From NCBI GenBank assembly GCA_041172145.1, contig JBEDKL010000005.1:297-64296 (forward strand): a DNA stretch of 64,000 bases. The letters are read 5' to 3'. Positions 20,299 to 30,211 of this stretch are shown here, piece by piece; position 1 is the stretch's first letter, and every line of letters begins with the position of its first letter. Below the pieces are notes generated by a model that saw only the letters and a list, made by a program, of their open reading frames with translations, did not search any database and was not told where the DNA came from. Source of the stretch: Actinomycetota bacterium (GTDB lineage Bacteria; Actinomycetota; Actinomycetes; Nanopelagicales; Nanopelagicaceae). The translations under genes were made by a program, and so were the position numbers.

Positions 20299-23200
20299 TA
20301 ATTTGCGTTGAAGTACTTAGCTTCAGGGTGGTGAACAATGATTGCAGATGTTGATTGTTCTGGATGGAGCTGGAACTCCTCTGACAGCTCAACCCCAATA
20401 CGTGAAGGATCCAGCAACTCACATAACTGAACCTGTTGTTCTAGATCTGGACAAGCTGGGTAACCAAATGAGTACCGCGAACCTCTGTAACCCTGGTCGA
20501 GAATTCCCTGAAGATCCGAGGAATCATCTGACTTAACAGAAAGCTCTTCGCGTATACGTGCATGCCAATGCTCAGCCAGGCTTTCAGTTAGCTGGACAGA
20601 TAATCCATGCAACTCTAGGTACTCGCGATAGTTGTTAGCCGCAAATAGTTTCGCAGCAGCATCGCTAACAGTTGAACCCATAGTCACAACGTGGAAAGCC
20701 ACAACATCTGTTTTGCCAGAATCCTTTGAGGCAAAAAAGTCACTGATGCAAAGTCGACGGTCACGAGTTTGTCGCGGGAAGGTGAAGCGAGTTCGCTCCT
20801 TACCTTTGTGCTCCCCCTCGTGATGAAGGATGACTAGATCATTACCTTCGCTGTAACAAGGAAAGTATCCATAAACCACAGCTGCATTGAGCCAACCATT
20901 GGCCTGAACCTCATTGAGCAATGAGCGCAAACGTGGTCGGCCCTCACTTTCAACCATGTTCTCATACTCTCCACGGTTACCCTTTAATCCCCATTGACCA
21001 ACAAACAATGCTCGCTCATCCAACATTCCGGCGTAATCACTGAGTTGAATACCTTTAACAACACGTGATCCAAAAAATGGCGGGGTAGGAATATCAACAT
21101 CGACCGCTACATCACTTCTGGAGGTGTCGATCGGTAGATCCTCTGATTTCACACGCGTGTTAGCAACCTTGCGTTCGCGAAGTGCAGGTAGCGCGGCTCC
21201 TGGCTCACCACGTTTAACGGCCATGATTGAATCCATAAGGCGCAAACCTTCAAATGCATCACGTGCGTAGCGAACTTCACCCGGAAAGATTGAAGCCAGA
21301 TCTTGTTCAACATAGGCACGAGTAAGAGCAGCGCCACCTAAAACAATTGGCCATTTTTGATCTAGACCACGAGCGGTAATCTCTTCGAGATTCTCTTTCA
21401 TGATCACCGTTGATTTAACCAACAAACCGCTCATACCGATTGCATCAGCGTTGGATTCCGTCGCACCATCGATGATTTGATTAATGGTCTGCTTGATACC
21501 GATATTTACAACGCGGTAACCATTATTGGTAAGAATAATGTCAACAAGATTTTTTCCGATGTCGTGTACATCGCCCTTTACGGTAGCTAGCAACATAGTG
21601 CCGCGACCCTCATCACCAGTCTTTTCCATAAATGGTTCGAGAATTGCAACCGCTGTCTTCATGACCTCTGCGCTCTGCAAGACAAAGGGAAGTTGCATCT
21701 CGCCCTTGCCGAAAAGCTCACCGACAATCTTCATGCCTTCAAGTAAGTGGCTGTTAATAATTTCTAGAGGTGGAGTGCCAGTGGCCATAGCCTCCTTGAG
21801 ATCATCTTCGAGACCAACCTTTTCACCATCAATGATGCGTCGTTGAAGTCTTTCAAATAACGGAAGCGCGGCTAATGCTTCTGCTCGAGCATTTTTGCTT
21901 GTCGCAAGCTCTACGCCATCAAATAATTGTAAAAACTCTTGTAGCGGATCATATGTACATTCATCGCCATCAAAGGTGCGTCGGTCATAGATAAGGTCAA
22001 GAGCTACCTCGCGTTGACGCTCATCGATGCGTGCCATCGGGGTAATTTTTGATGGATGAACAATTGCCGAATCTAGGCCAGCTTGAACACATTCGTGCAG
22101 GAATACAGAGTTGAGGACAACTCGAGCCGCAGCATTAAGACCAAAGGAAACATTGCTTACACCTAAAGTTGTTTGTACCTCTGGAAACTCAACCTTTAAC
22201 TGTCTTATTGCGTTAATAGTCTCAATTCCATCTTTGCGTGTTTCTTCTTGACCCGTAGCGATTGGAAATGTGAGGCAATCAATCAGAATGTCCCCCACCT
22301 TCATTCCCCAATTGTCGTGAAGATCATGAATCAATCTGCGAGCAACTCGTAACTTCCATTCAGCATCACGAGCCTGGCCTTCTTCATCAATAGTTAATGC
22401 AACTACGCTGGCTCCATGCTCTTTAACCAATGGCATAATCTTTGCAAATCTCGAACTCGGACCATCGCCATCCTCATAATTAACAGAGTTAATAACACAG
22501 CGTCCACCTAAGTGTTCCAAGCCAGCCTTGAGAACAGCTGGTTCAGTTGAATCAAGAACAATAGGCAAAGTGCTAGATGTTGCAAAACGAGAAGCAAGCT
22601 GACTCATATCTTTTGCACCATCGCGGCCAACGTAATCGACAGATAGATCGAGCATATGAGCACCATCACGAATCTGATCACGTGCTATTTCGACACACTT
22701 CTCCCAATCCTCAGCTAACAAGGCATCTCTGAAAGCGCGAGAGCCATTGGCATTTGTGCGTTCACCAATTGCCAGATAAGTCTTGTCTTGTCTAAAAGGA
22801 ACGTACTGATAAAGAGAGGATGCTCCTGGTTCTAATTCAGGTGTCCTTGAGGCAATAGCTCTGCCACTTACCTTTTTCACAACGGCAGAAAGGTGAGCCG
22901 GCGTTGTTCCGCAGCAGCCTCCCACCAAGGAGATTCCGTAATCATCAATGAATCCATCAAGAGCCACCGCTAACTCATCAGCTCCAAGCGGATAAGAAGC
23001 TCCATTTGCACCAAGAACGGGCAAGCCAGCATTTGGCATCACAGAGATTGCGATCTTTGCATTTTTACTGAGGTATCTCAGATGCTCCGACATTTCCGTT
23101 GGGCCGGTTGCGCAGTTGAGTCCTATGACATCAATTCCCATAGGTTCAAGGGTGTTAAGAGCTGCGCCGATTTCAGAACCAAGCAACATGGTTCCAGTTG

Positions 23201-23798
23201 TTTCAACGGTTACTTGGGCGATCAATACGATGTCACGGTTAGATTCCTGGATAGCTTGGCGACACCCATTAACCGCCGCCTTTACCTGAAGTAAATCTTG
23301 CGAAGTTTCGACAAGTAAAGCATCGCAACCAGAATCAGACAAACCCTTTGCAGCGGTGTAGTAAGCGAGCTTGAGGTTCTCATATGTTGTGTGACCAAGT
23401 GATGGAAGTTTGGTGCCCGGTCCCAACGATCCCAGAACAAAGCGAGGTTTTTCCTTTGTTGAAAAAGCATCTGCTGCATCGCGGGCGATCTTTCCGCCGG
23501 CATATGCGAGCTCGTAGATCCTGTCTTCAATGCCGTAATCAGCAAGATTGGACCAGTTAGCGCCAAAGGTATTTGTCTCGATCGCATCGACACCTGCCGA
23601 CAAGTACTCCTCATGAACTGAACGAACTATGTCGGGACGGCTGACGTTAAGGATTTCATTGCATCCTTCATGGTTTTGAAAATCCTCGAGGCTCGGATTG
23701 GCCGCTTGAAGCATAGTTCCCATCGCACCATCGGCCACGACCACCCGTTGAGCAAGGGTTCTACGCAACAACCCTGCTTCAATAGATGGAGTATTCAT
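20298..23798 (-). CDS. metH: Cobalamin-dependent methionine synthase
   Basis: DGAMGTMLQ, GGCCGT, IGERTNANGS, B12 motif GDVHDIGKNLV, RYSFGYPACPDL. Confidence 0.97.
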   Translation of the reverse strand: MNTPSIEAGLLRRTLAQRVVVADGAMGTMLQAANPSLEDFQNHEGCNEILNVSRPDIVRSVHEEYLSAGVDAIETNTFGANWSNLADYGIEDRIYELAYAGGKIARDAADAFSTKEKPRFVLGSLGPGTKLPSLGHTTYENLKLAYYTAAKGLSDSGCDALLVETSQDLLQVKAAVNGCRQAIQESNRDIVLIAQVTVETTGTMLLGSEIGAALNTLEPMGIDVIGLNCATGPTEMSEHLRYLSKNAKIAISVMPNAGLPVLGANGASYPLGADELAVALDGFIDDYGISLVGGCCGTTPAHLSAVVKKVSGRAIASRTPELEPGASSLYQYVPFRQDKTYLAIGERTNANGSRAFRDALLAEDWEKCVEIARDQIRDGAHMLDLSVDYVGRDGAKDMSQLASRFATSSTLPIVLDSTEPAVLKAGLEHLGGRCVINSVNYEDGDGPSSRFAKIMPLVKEHGASVVALTIDEEGQARDAEWKLRVARRLIHDLHDNWGMKVGDILIDCLTFPIATGQEETRKDGIETINAIRQLKVEFPEVQTTLGVSNVSFGLNAAARVVLNSVFLHECVQAGLDSAIVHPSKITPMARIDERQREVALDLIYDRRTFDGDECTYDPLQEFLQLFDGVELATSKNARAEALAALPLFERLQRRIIDGEKVGLEDDLKEAMATGTPPLEIINSHLLEGMKIVGELFGKGEMQLPFVLQSAEVMKTAVAILEPFMEKTGDEGRGTMLLATVKGDVHDIGKNLVDIILTNNGYRVVNIGIKQTINQIIDGATESNADAIGMSGLLVKSTVIMKENLEEITARGLDQKWPIVLGGAALTRAYVEQDLASIFPGEVRYARDAFEGLRLMDSIMAVKRGEPGAALPALRERKVANTRVKSEDLPIDTSRSDVAVDVDIPTPPFFGSRVVKGIQLSDYAGMLDERALFVGQWGLKGNRGEYENMVESEGRPRLRSLLNEVQANGWLNAAVVYGYFPCYSEGNDLVILHHEGEHKGKERTRFTFPRQTRDRRLCISDFFASKDSGKTDVVAFHVVTMGSTVSDAAAKLFAANNYREYLELHGLSVQLTESLAEHWHARIREELSVKSDDSSDLQGILDQGYRGSRYSFGYPACPDLEQQVQLCELLDPSRIGVELSEEFQLHPEQSTSAIIVHHPEAKYFNAN

Positions 23799-23827
23799 TT
23801 GACGAAGGTTACCTTAAGGTTGCTTTC
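23799..23827. promoter_or_regulatory. Back-to-back leaderless promoters for metH and the PAC2 gene
   Basis: Minus-strand TAACCT (23806-23811) and plus-strand TAAGGT (23815-23820), each 7 nt from its ATG. Confidence 0.55.
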
Positions 23828-24691
23828 ATGGAGATTCATCAGATTCCTCTGCTTCGCAATCCAGTCATGATTGTGGCTTTTTCAGGGTGGAATGATGCCG
23901 CCGAGGCTGCCTCTGGCGCTGTTGAGCATTTACTCTCTGGATGGCGAGATAAGAGTGATGATGTTTTGCCAGAACTCATCGCCCAGGTTGAATCTGAAGA
24001 TTATTACGACTTTCAAGTCAATAGACCTCAGGTTTCGATTGATGAATCGCAGATTAGAAGCATTACTTGGCCATCGACACAAGTGTTCGGCCTTGCCGTA
24101 CCTTCGATGCCCCGTGATTTAGTCATCGTCACTGGGGTCGAACCCTCGATGCGCTGGAAGAGCTTTACCTCTGACCTATTGGATCTTGCCGATGATCTTG
24201 AGGTCTCGCTAGTTGTAACTCTTGGTTCTTTACTTGCAGATACTCCACACACAAGACCGATAACAGTTACAGGGACTGGCGCACATCCATCGATTGCTGA
24301 TCGCCTGGGTGTCTCTGTATCAAAATATGAAGGACCGACTGGAATTCTAGGAATCATTCAGGATGCCTGCATGCGTCGAGGAGTCGACGCAATCTCTTTG
24401 TGGGCTGCAGTTCCTCACTACGCTGCATCATCACCTTCTCCAAAGGTAACTCTTGCTTTAGTCAACACACTTGAAGAGTTCCTGGATGTCTCAATCCCAC
24501 TTTCTGATTTACCAGAGCGCGCAGATATGTGGGAAAAAGAGGTGAATGATCTTGCCGCTGAAGATTCAGAGGTAGCCGATTATGTGAAGGCTCTCGAAGA
24601 GAGCAAGGATGCTGCGGAACTTCCTGAGGTATCTGGCGACAGCATCGCTAAAGAGTTTGAACGCTACCTTCGCAGACAAAAAGAGGATTAA
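23828..24691 (+). CDS. PAC2 (proteasome assembly chaperone 2) family protein
   Basis: AFSGWNDAAEAAS, YYDFQVNRP, EPSMRW, YEGPTGI.G, WAAVPHY. Confidence 0.88.
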   Translation: MEIHQIPLLRNPVMIVAFSGWNDAAEAASGAVEHLLSGWRDKSDDVLPELIAQVESEDYYDFQVNRPQVSIDESQIRSITWPSTQVFGLAVPSMPRDLVIVTGVEPSMRWKSFTSDLLDLADDLEVSLVVTLGSLLADTPHTRPITVTGTGAHPSIADRLGVSVSKYEGPTGILGIIQDACMRRGVDAISLWAAVPHYAASSPSPKVTLALVNTLEEFLDVSIPLSDLPERADMWEKEVNDLAAEDSEVADYVKALEESKDAAELPEVSGDSIAKEFERYLRRQKED

Positions 24692-25929
24692 AGGTTCAGT
24701 CCTAATAACCCATCAAGTGCAAACTGTAGATCGTCGGTTGATCCACCTGTTCCCCCAGCCAATGTGTCCGCAGACCATTTCTTAAGTATTGCAATTACTT
24801 GTGGAGTATCGAGATCGTCGCTGAGTGCGGCAATCAATGACGATATGACTTCATCTGTCGGTGCGCAATTTTGTGCGTTGATTGCAAATCGCAACTGATG
24901 CAACTGTTCTTCAGCTGTTTTCAGTAACGAATCACTCCACATCCGATCAGATCGATAATGATCGGACATTAAAGCCCATCTAATTGCCATTGGATCTTTT
25001 CCAGCAGCTATCAACTTAGATACAAAGACAAGGTTGCCCCTGCTCTTACTCATCTTCTCGCCATCCAGCCCGATCATGCCGGTATGTACGTAAGATGAGG
25101 CTAGCTCTTTGCCGGTAAGAACATGTGCTTGTGCGGCACACATTTCATGGTGAGGAAAAATGAGATCGCTTCCGCCGCCTTGGATATCGATCAACGTTTC
25201 ATCTAGATCAGATGGATCCAAATACTTCAAAGCTATTGCGGTGCATTCGATATGCCAACCAGGTCTTCCAACTCCAAATGTGGATTCCCACCCTGGCTCA
25301 TTTGGTCTTTGCGACATCCAGACCAGGCAATCCAAAGGATCCTTCTTACCTGCTCGAGAAGGATCTCCCCCGCGCTCTGAAAATATTGAAAGCATTTCCT
25401 CTTGCGACAAATGTGAACGAGAGCCAAAGCGGCTATCGCTGTGGACTGAAAAGTACTTATCCGTGTCAACTGAATAGATACTAGATTCGGAGGAAAGATC
25501 ATCAATTGCTTGGACAACCAAAGGAATCGCTTCGACTGCACCTATGTAATGAGCCGGTGGGATGACTCTGAGATGTTCCATGTCGCTTCGAAAGAGATCA
25601 ATCTGCTGATGGGCTAAATCCTGCCAATCTAAACCATCTCGCACCGCACGTTCTAGCAAAGGGTCATCGATATCGGTGATGTTCTGGACATACTTAACCT
25701 CAGAACCTGTTGCGCGAAGGTACCTATTAATTAAATCAAAGGTTAAATAGGTAGCTGCATGCCCCAAATGCGTCGCGTCATATGGAGTAATTCCGCAAAC
25801 ATACATTCGGTAAGTAGCCTTATATTCAACGCCTTTTTTGACACGGGATGCGGTGTCAGAGAGAAATAGCTGAGGAAAATTCCGCTTTGCTGCCAAGGGT
25901 GGAATTGAAACTTCTGACCAAGAGTTCAT
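24688..25929 (-). CDS. mshC: Cysteine:GlcN-Ins ligase (mycothiol biosynthesis)
   Basis: CGITPYDATHLGH, NITDIDDPLLERA, GRPGWHIEC, KMSKSRGNLV; lacks the CysRS anticodon-binding domain. Confidence 0.94.
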   Translation of the reverse strand: MNSWSEVSIPPLAAKRNFPQLFLSDTASRVKKGVEYKATYRMYVCGITPYDATHLGHAATYLTFDLINRYLRATGSEVKYVQNITDIDDPLLERAVRDGLDWQDLAHQQIDLFRSDMEHLRVIPPAHYIGAVEAIPLVVQAIDDLSSESSIYSVDTDKYFSVHSDSRFGSRSHLSQEEMLSIFSERGGDPSRAGKKDPLDCLVWMSQRPNEPGWESTFGVGRPGWHIECTAIALKYLDPSDLDETLIDIQGGGSDLIFPHHEMCAAQAHVLTGKELASSYVHTGMIGLDGEKMSKSRGNLVFVSKLIAAGKDPMAIRWALMSDHYRSDRMWSDSLLKTAEEQLHQLRFAINAQNCAPTDEVISSLIAALSDDLDTPQVIAILKKWSADTLAGGTGGSTDDLQFALDGLLGLNL

Positions 25930-25949
25930 GGCTTAATCGTATGGCTTTC

Positions 25950-26660
25950 TTAGAATGCTGGCCACGGAATCGCTGGCCAATTCGGATTGGGCAACGGAAA
26001 ACGTCCCTCAGAAAGTAAACGATTCACGCGCATAGATATTGCATCAATTTCATCCTGCGTTAGAAAGGGTTGTAACTGCTCCCCTAATTCACCAGCTAAA
26101 AGTTGCTGCGCCATTTGCAGAGATTGCAACTCTTGATCAGTTAACTCATCATCAGCCCACTGCCACAAAACGGTGCGTAACTTATCTTCAACATGGAAAG
26201 TAACCCCATGATCACATCCATACACTTCATCGTGGCTGATCGGCAGAAGATGTCCAATCTTGCGATCGGTGTTATTAACTATTGCATCAAACAAGGCCAT
26301 CGATCTCAACCTCGGATTATCACTTGAGAAGAACACCGCCAAATCAATTGACTCATCCAATGAAATCCACTCTTGAACCATGCCTGATCCATATGGCCCA
26401 TCGCGCAAGATCGTCAAAGGGACGATATGAAAACCCAATCCTTGGCTTACTAGGTATGCGGCGTACTCTCGGTAAGCCAATGATCCTTCGGGAAAATCCC
26501 ACAAAGGTCTTTCACCAGCAATTGGTTTGTAAATGCAGACAATCTCTTGCTCATTCAAAGTTGAAGTTGCATACAAAGTTGCATTGGAAGCATCGACTAG
26601 ACGTCCGGTAACTTTTAGAACTCCTTCTGTTAGTACCTTGTGTTTATCGACGGTAGCCAT
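25950..26660 (-). CDS. SCO1664-family protein (PI3/PI4-kinase-like fold)
   Basis: ASNAT, YKPIAGERPLWDFP, REYAAY, NNTDRKIGH, DHG, PAIPWPAF; start moved to ATG 26660. Confidence 0.85.
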   Translation of the reverse strand: MATVDKHKVLTEGVLKVTGRLVDASNATLYATSTLNEQEIVCIYKPIAGERPLWDFPEGSLAYREYAAYLVSQGLGFHIVPLTILRDGPYGSGMVQEWISLDESIDLAVFFSSDNPRLRSMALFDAIVNNTDRKIGHLLPISHDEVYGCDHGVTFHVEDKLRTVLWQWADDELTDQELQSLQMAQQLLAGELGEQLQPFLTQDEIDAISMRVNRLLSEGRFPLPNPNWPAIPWPAF

Positions 26661-27153
26661 TTGCCCTCGGACACAGATGCCCACGTGGATCAATAGGTAT
26701 TGAACAGAATGGGCAGGGCAATCGACCCGCATTAACAACCGCTTTGGAGCGATTAGCGAAACTAACCGCCATACCCAGGGAAAGGTGAACCTCCAGCGCC
26801 CCACCTTGGGACTCTTCCTCATCATCTTCAAGTTCATACATCTCAAAGCTGATTACCGATGACTCATCATCCCAAGCTAGAGAGATTGCTCCTACCTGGA
26901 ACTCTTCATCCACTGGTGTCTCTAGAGGAGCATCATCCTTAGGTGGCATCTCAATTGGGATTAATGGGTTTGCTTTTCTAACCTCGGCGATCATCAGCTC
27001 TAGCCGATTAGCGATTGCTTGTACTTGGGCTTTCTCGACTGCAACGCTGACAACATTATTGTCGGATCTGACCTGTAGATAAAAAGCACGTTCACCTGGC
27101 TGTCCCACGGTTCCGGCAACAAATCGGTGCGGATTAGTAAACCGATGCCTCAC
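26644..27153 (-). CDS. DUF3090 family protein
   Basis: RFVAGTVGQPGERAFYLQ, EKAQV, AGRLPCPFC..PIDPRGHLCPRANG. Confidence 0.88.
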   Translation of the reverse strand: MRHRFTNPHRFVAGTVGQPGERAFYLQVRSDNNVVSVAVEKAQVQAIANRLELMIAEVRKANPLIPIEMPPKDDAPLETPVDEEFQVGAISLAWDDESSVISFEMYELEDDEEESQGGALEVHLSLGMAVSFANRSKAVVNAGRLPCPFCSIPIDPRGHLCPRANGYRR

Positions 27154-27827
27154 TTGCCAGCTCCTCCACCGATTAGGTTTCGAGAACGTTTTGGTGCAAT
27201 CAGTAAGTCTGTGACCACGGCACGGGTGTCATTGACCAGCATAACCCTGGGCTTAATCGATGCGTACTCGATAACAGAAACAGAAGCCGGATCGATAATG
27301 ATTCTTTGAAACTCATCTAGATGCATTCCTAAAGCTGATGCCATTATTGATTTGATGACATCGCCATGACTGACGATTAGCGCAACCTTTTTGTCGGAAA
27401 GTTTTGCTAAATCGTGAACGGTGCTCATCGCTCTAGCTTGCATTGCTGCAATACCTTCTCCATTTGGAAAGTACATGCGACTGGGCGACTCTTGAACGGT
27501 TTTCCATTCAGCTTTATGTGAGAGCGAACTTAATTTCTTTCCGCTCCAGCTTCCGTAATCAACCTCATTGATGTTTGGGTCTATGACCGGCGCAAAATTA
27601 GGATTACTCTTTTGAATATATTGCTTCAGCCAAGGCGCAATCGTCTCGGCACATCTCTCCATCGGAGATACTCGCAGCTGTGCGATAGGAAAAGCTCCGA
27701 GACGCGTAGCTAGCGCTTCGGACTGCTTAATCCCTTTTGAGGATAAATGCACATTGGGCTTTCGGCCTGAAAGAACCCCAGAGGCGTTGGACTCGGAGTG
27801 AGCATGACGAATCAAAACTAATCGCAT
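27150..27827 (-). CDS. Histidine phosphatase family protein (MSMEG_4193-like)
   Basis: LIRHA, SPMERC.ET, EVDYGSW, VSHGDVIK. Confidence 0.88.
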   Translation of the reverse strand: MRLVLIRHAHSESNASGVLSGRKPNVHLSSKGIKQSEALATRLGAFPIAQLRVSPMERCAETIAPWLKQYIQKSNPNFAPVIDPNINEVDYGSWSGKKLSSLSHKAEWKTVQESPSRMYFPNGEGIAAMQARAMSTVHDLAKLSDKKVALIVSHGDVIKSIMASALGMHLDEFQRIIIDPASVSVIEYASIKPRVMLVNDTRAVVTDLLIAPKRSRNLIGGGAGK

Positions 27828-27877
27828 AATGAAAGGCTATCGCAGGTTTTGGTACCAGGCCTTGCTAAGGTCACGCC

Positions 27878-28822
27878 ATGGAAAAGCGACGCGCAGGAGC
27901 TAGCGGTTTAGCTTTGTCCCGACTGGGTCTAGGAACAATGACTTGGGGTCGAGATACAGACGAGATCGAAGCAGCCGATCAATGCCGCGCTTTCTTGGAT
28001 GCAGGTGGAAATTTCATTGATACCGCAGCTACTTATGGCGATGGAGATAGCGAACGGGTCATTGGTGGGTTAATCGGCACCTTATTTAATCGAGATGAAG
28101 TCGTAATCGCGACTAAAGCCGGAATCAGTTTTTCTGACGGAGTTCGTAAGGTGGATGCATCACGTCATGCGCTGATCGCTGAACTTGATAGATCTTTAAA
28201 TCGCCTAGGAACAGATTTCGTCGATGTGTGGCAGGTGCACAATTGGGATGAAACAACTCCCCTAGATGACACCTTGTCGGCGTTGGATTACGCATACACA
28301 ACAGGTCGAGCTCGATATGTTGGAGTCAGTAATTACTCAGGCTGGCAGTTAGCCCGAGCAGCCACTAAGCAGCAATCAAACTCTATGAAAGCACCGCTTA
28401 CGACGGTTCAAGGTGAGTACTCCTTGCTCAATAGAAATGCTGAGTTCGAGTTAATTGATGCAGCGGTTGAGTGTGGACTTGGTTTCTTAGCATGGGCGCC
28501 ACTGGCGCGAGGTGTTCTAACTGGCAAGTACCGAAAAGGTATTCCCAGTGATTCACGAGGTGCAGCACCGCACTTTGCAAAACACATTGAGCCATATTTA
28601 GATGGGCGTTCAACGAAGATTGTTGAAGCTGTTGCAGTTGCAGCAGATGGTCTTGGCTTCTCCCCATTAGAGGTCGCACTTGCCTGGGTTCGAGATGCAC
28701 CTGGTGTAACTACCTCACTTATTGGTGCGCGAACCGGCGCTCAGCTACGTGGAGTCCTTAAGAGTGAAGAGATTTCACTTCCCGATATCGTAAGAACAGC
28801 TCTAGATGAGGTAAGTCTTTAA
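27878..28822 (+). CDS. Aldo/keto reductase
   Basis: LGLGTMTWG, DTAATY, ATKAG, YVGVSNYSGWQ, PLARGVLTGKY. Confidence 0.92.
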   Translation: MEKRRAGASGLALSRLGLGTMTWGRDTDEIEAADQCRAFLDAGGNFIDTAATYGDGDSERVIGGLIGTLFNRDEVVIATKAGISFSDGVRKVDASRHALIAELDRSLNRLGTDFVDVWQVHNWDETTPLDDTLSALDYAYTTGRARYVGVSNYSGWQLARAATKQQSNSMKAPLTTVQGEYSLLNRNAEFELIDAAVECGLGFLAWAPLARGVLTGKYRKGIPSDSRGAAPHFAKHIEPYLDGRSTKIVEAVAVAADGLGFSPLEVALAWVRDAPGVTTSLIGARTGAQLRGVLKSEEISLPDIVRTALDEVSL

Positions 28823-30129
28823 GCGTGCTCTAGGAAGTTTTTCAAGACGCGAGCTCCGAAGGTAAGACCTTCAACAGGTACACGTTCATCGACACCGTGG
28901 AACATAGCCATAAAATTGAAGTCGGCATCTAATTTCAGAGGTGAAAACCCGTAGCCAATAATCCCTAAATCTGCGAGAGCTTTGTTATCTGTTCCGCCGC
29001 TCATTACATATGGAACAGGAATTGCTACCGAGTCCTCTGCAATAAGCGCGTTACACATCGCCTCTACTAAATCTCCCTCAAATGGAACTTCAAGGGCTTT
29101 GTCTCTCGTGATTGTTTCGACAGTTACATTTTCACCAATCAAACTCTTAATCGTTGAGTTTAACTCATCCTCAAAACCCGGAATAAAGCGACCATCTATT
29201 GTCGCACTTGCTGAACCAGGAATTACATTTGCCTTGTAACCAGCATCTAGCATCGTTGGATTTGCAGTGTTCTGCAGGGTCGCTCCAATCATTGTCTGGG
29301 CAAAACCGATTTCTTTAAGTAATGGACGAAGATCCTCTTCGTTGTATGGCTTGCCAGTTTCCTCGGCAATGCGCTTGAAAAAAGCCTTCACAGTCTTGCT
29401 GTATCTCTGTGGCCACTCATATCGACCGATCTTTGCTACCGCTTCGGATAATGTCGTAATCGCATTGTCATCATTCATCATCGAACCATGACCGGCACGA
29501 CCTTCGGCGGTTAGTCGCATCCAATGGATGCCTTTCTCAGCGGTTTCGATCAAATAAAGTCGCTTACCACCAGCAACTGTTACTGAGAAACCACCAACTT
29601 CAGAAACCGCTTCAGTACAACCTGCAAAAACTTCTGGATGTTCCTTGACCATGTAATGAGATCCATAAACGCTTCCCGCTTCTTCATCAGCAAAGAAGGC
29701 AAGGACGATGTCGCGATCTGGCACATAACCGGTTCGTGCCCAATCGCGTACCGTTGCAAGGATCATCGCATCCATATTTTTCATATCAACTGCGCCACGG
29801 CCCCAGATGTAGCCATCCTTCATTTCTCCAGAGAAAGGATCAACGGACCAATCATCTGCATTTGCCGGCACGACATCGATGTGTCCATGAACAACTAGGC
29901 CAGGACGATCTGGATTACTTCCTTTAATGCGAGCGATAACATTGCAACGACCAGGTGCTGATTCATAAATTTTTGGTTCGATACCAACCTCAGACAACAA
30001 CTGCGCGACATATTCGGCAACTGCCTTCTCGTCGCCCTTTCCATCTCCAAAGTTAACGCTTGGAATACGAATCAACTCTTGGCAGATTCTGATGGTTTCA
30101 ACTTCAAGTTCTGTGTGTGTTGTACTCAT
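28819..30129 (-). CDS. M20/M25/M40 family metallo-hydrolase
   Basis: HGHIDVVPA, GRGAVDMK, ADEEAG, GGTD, HGVDERVP. Confidence 0.92.
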   Translation of the reverse strand: MSTTHTELEVETIRICQELIRIPSVNFGDGKGDEKAVAEYVAQLLSEVGIEPKIYESAPGRCNVIARIKGSNPDRPGLVVHGHIDVVPANADDWSVDPFSGEMKDGYIWGRGAVDMKNMDAMILATVRDWARTGYVPDRDIVLAFFADEEAGSVYGSHYMVKEHPEVFAGCTEAVSEVGGFSVTVAGGKRLYLIETAEKGIHWMRLTAEGRAGHGSMMNDDNAITTLSEAVAKIGRYEWPQRYSKTVKAFFKRIAEETGKPYNEEDLRPLLKEIGFAQTMIGATLQNTANPTMLDAGYKANVIPGSASATIDGRFIPGFEDELNSTIKSLIGENVTVETITRDKALEVPFEGDLVEAMCNALIAEDSVAIPVPYVMSGGTDNKALADLGIIGYGFSPLKLDADFNFMAMFHGVDERVPVEGLTFGARVLKNFLEHA

Positions 30130-30172
30130 TTCGCTATTCTTGCACCCAATTGCTATCCTTTCCTATCACTCA

Positions 30173-30211
30173 GTCCGGGTGGCGGAATTGGCAGACGCGC
30201 TAGCTTGAGGT
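30173..30211 (+). pseudogene. tRNA-Leu(GAG), 5' half only (truncated after the anticodon loop)
   Basis: GTCCGGG TG GCGGAATTGGCAGACGC G CTAGC TTGAGGT gives the acceptor 5' strand, D-arm, anticodon 5' stem and loop (GAG at 30207-30209). The expected GCTAG/variable arm/T-arm/acceptor 3' strand is absent; the next base is the apt ATG. Extended -10 TGcTATCCT at 30151-30159. Confidence 0.85.

Noticed and set aside
24688-25929. Cysteinyl-tRNA synthetase
   Set aside because: Short length, no anticodon-binding domain, the DDPLLERA motif and gene context indicate MshC
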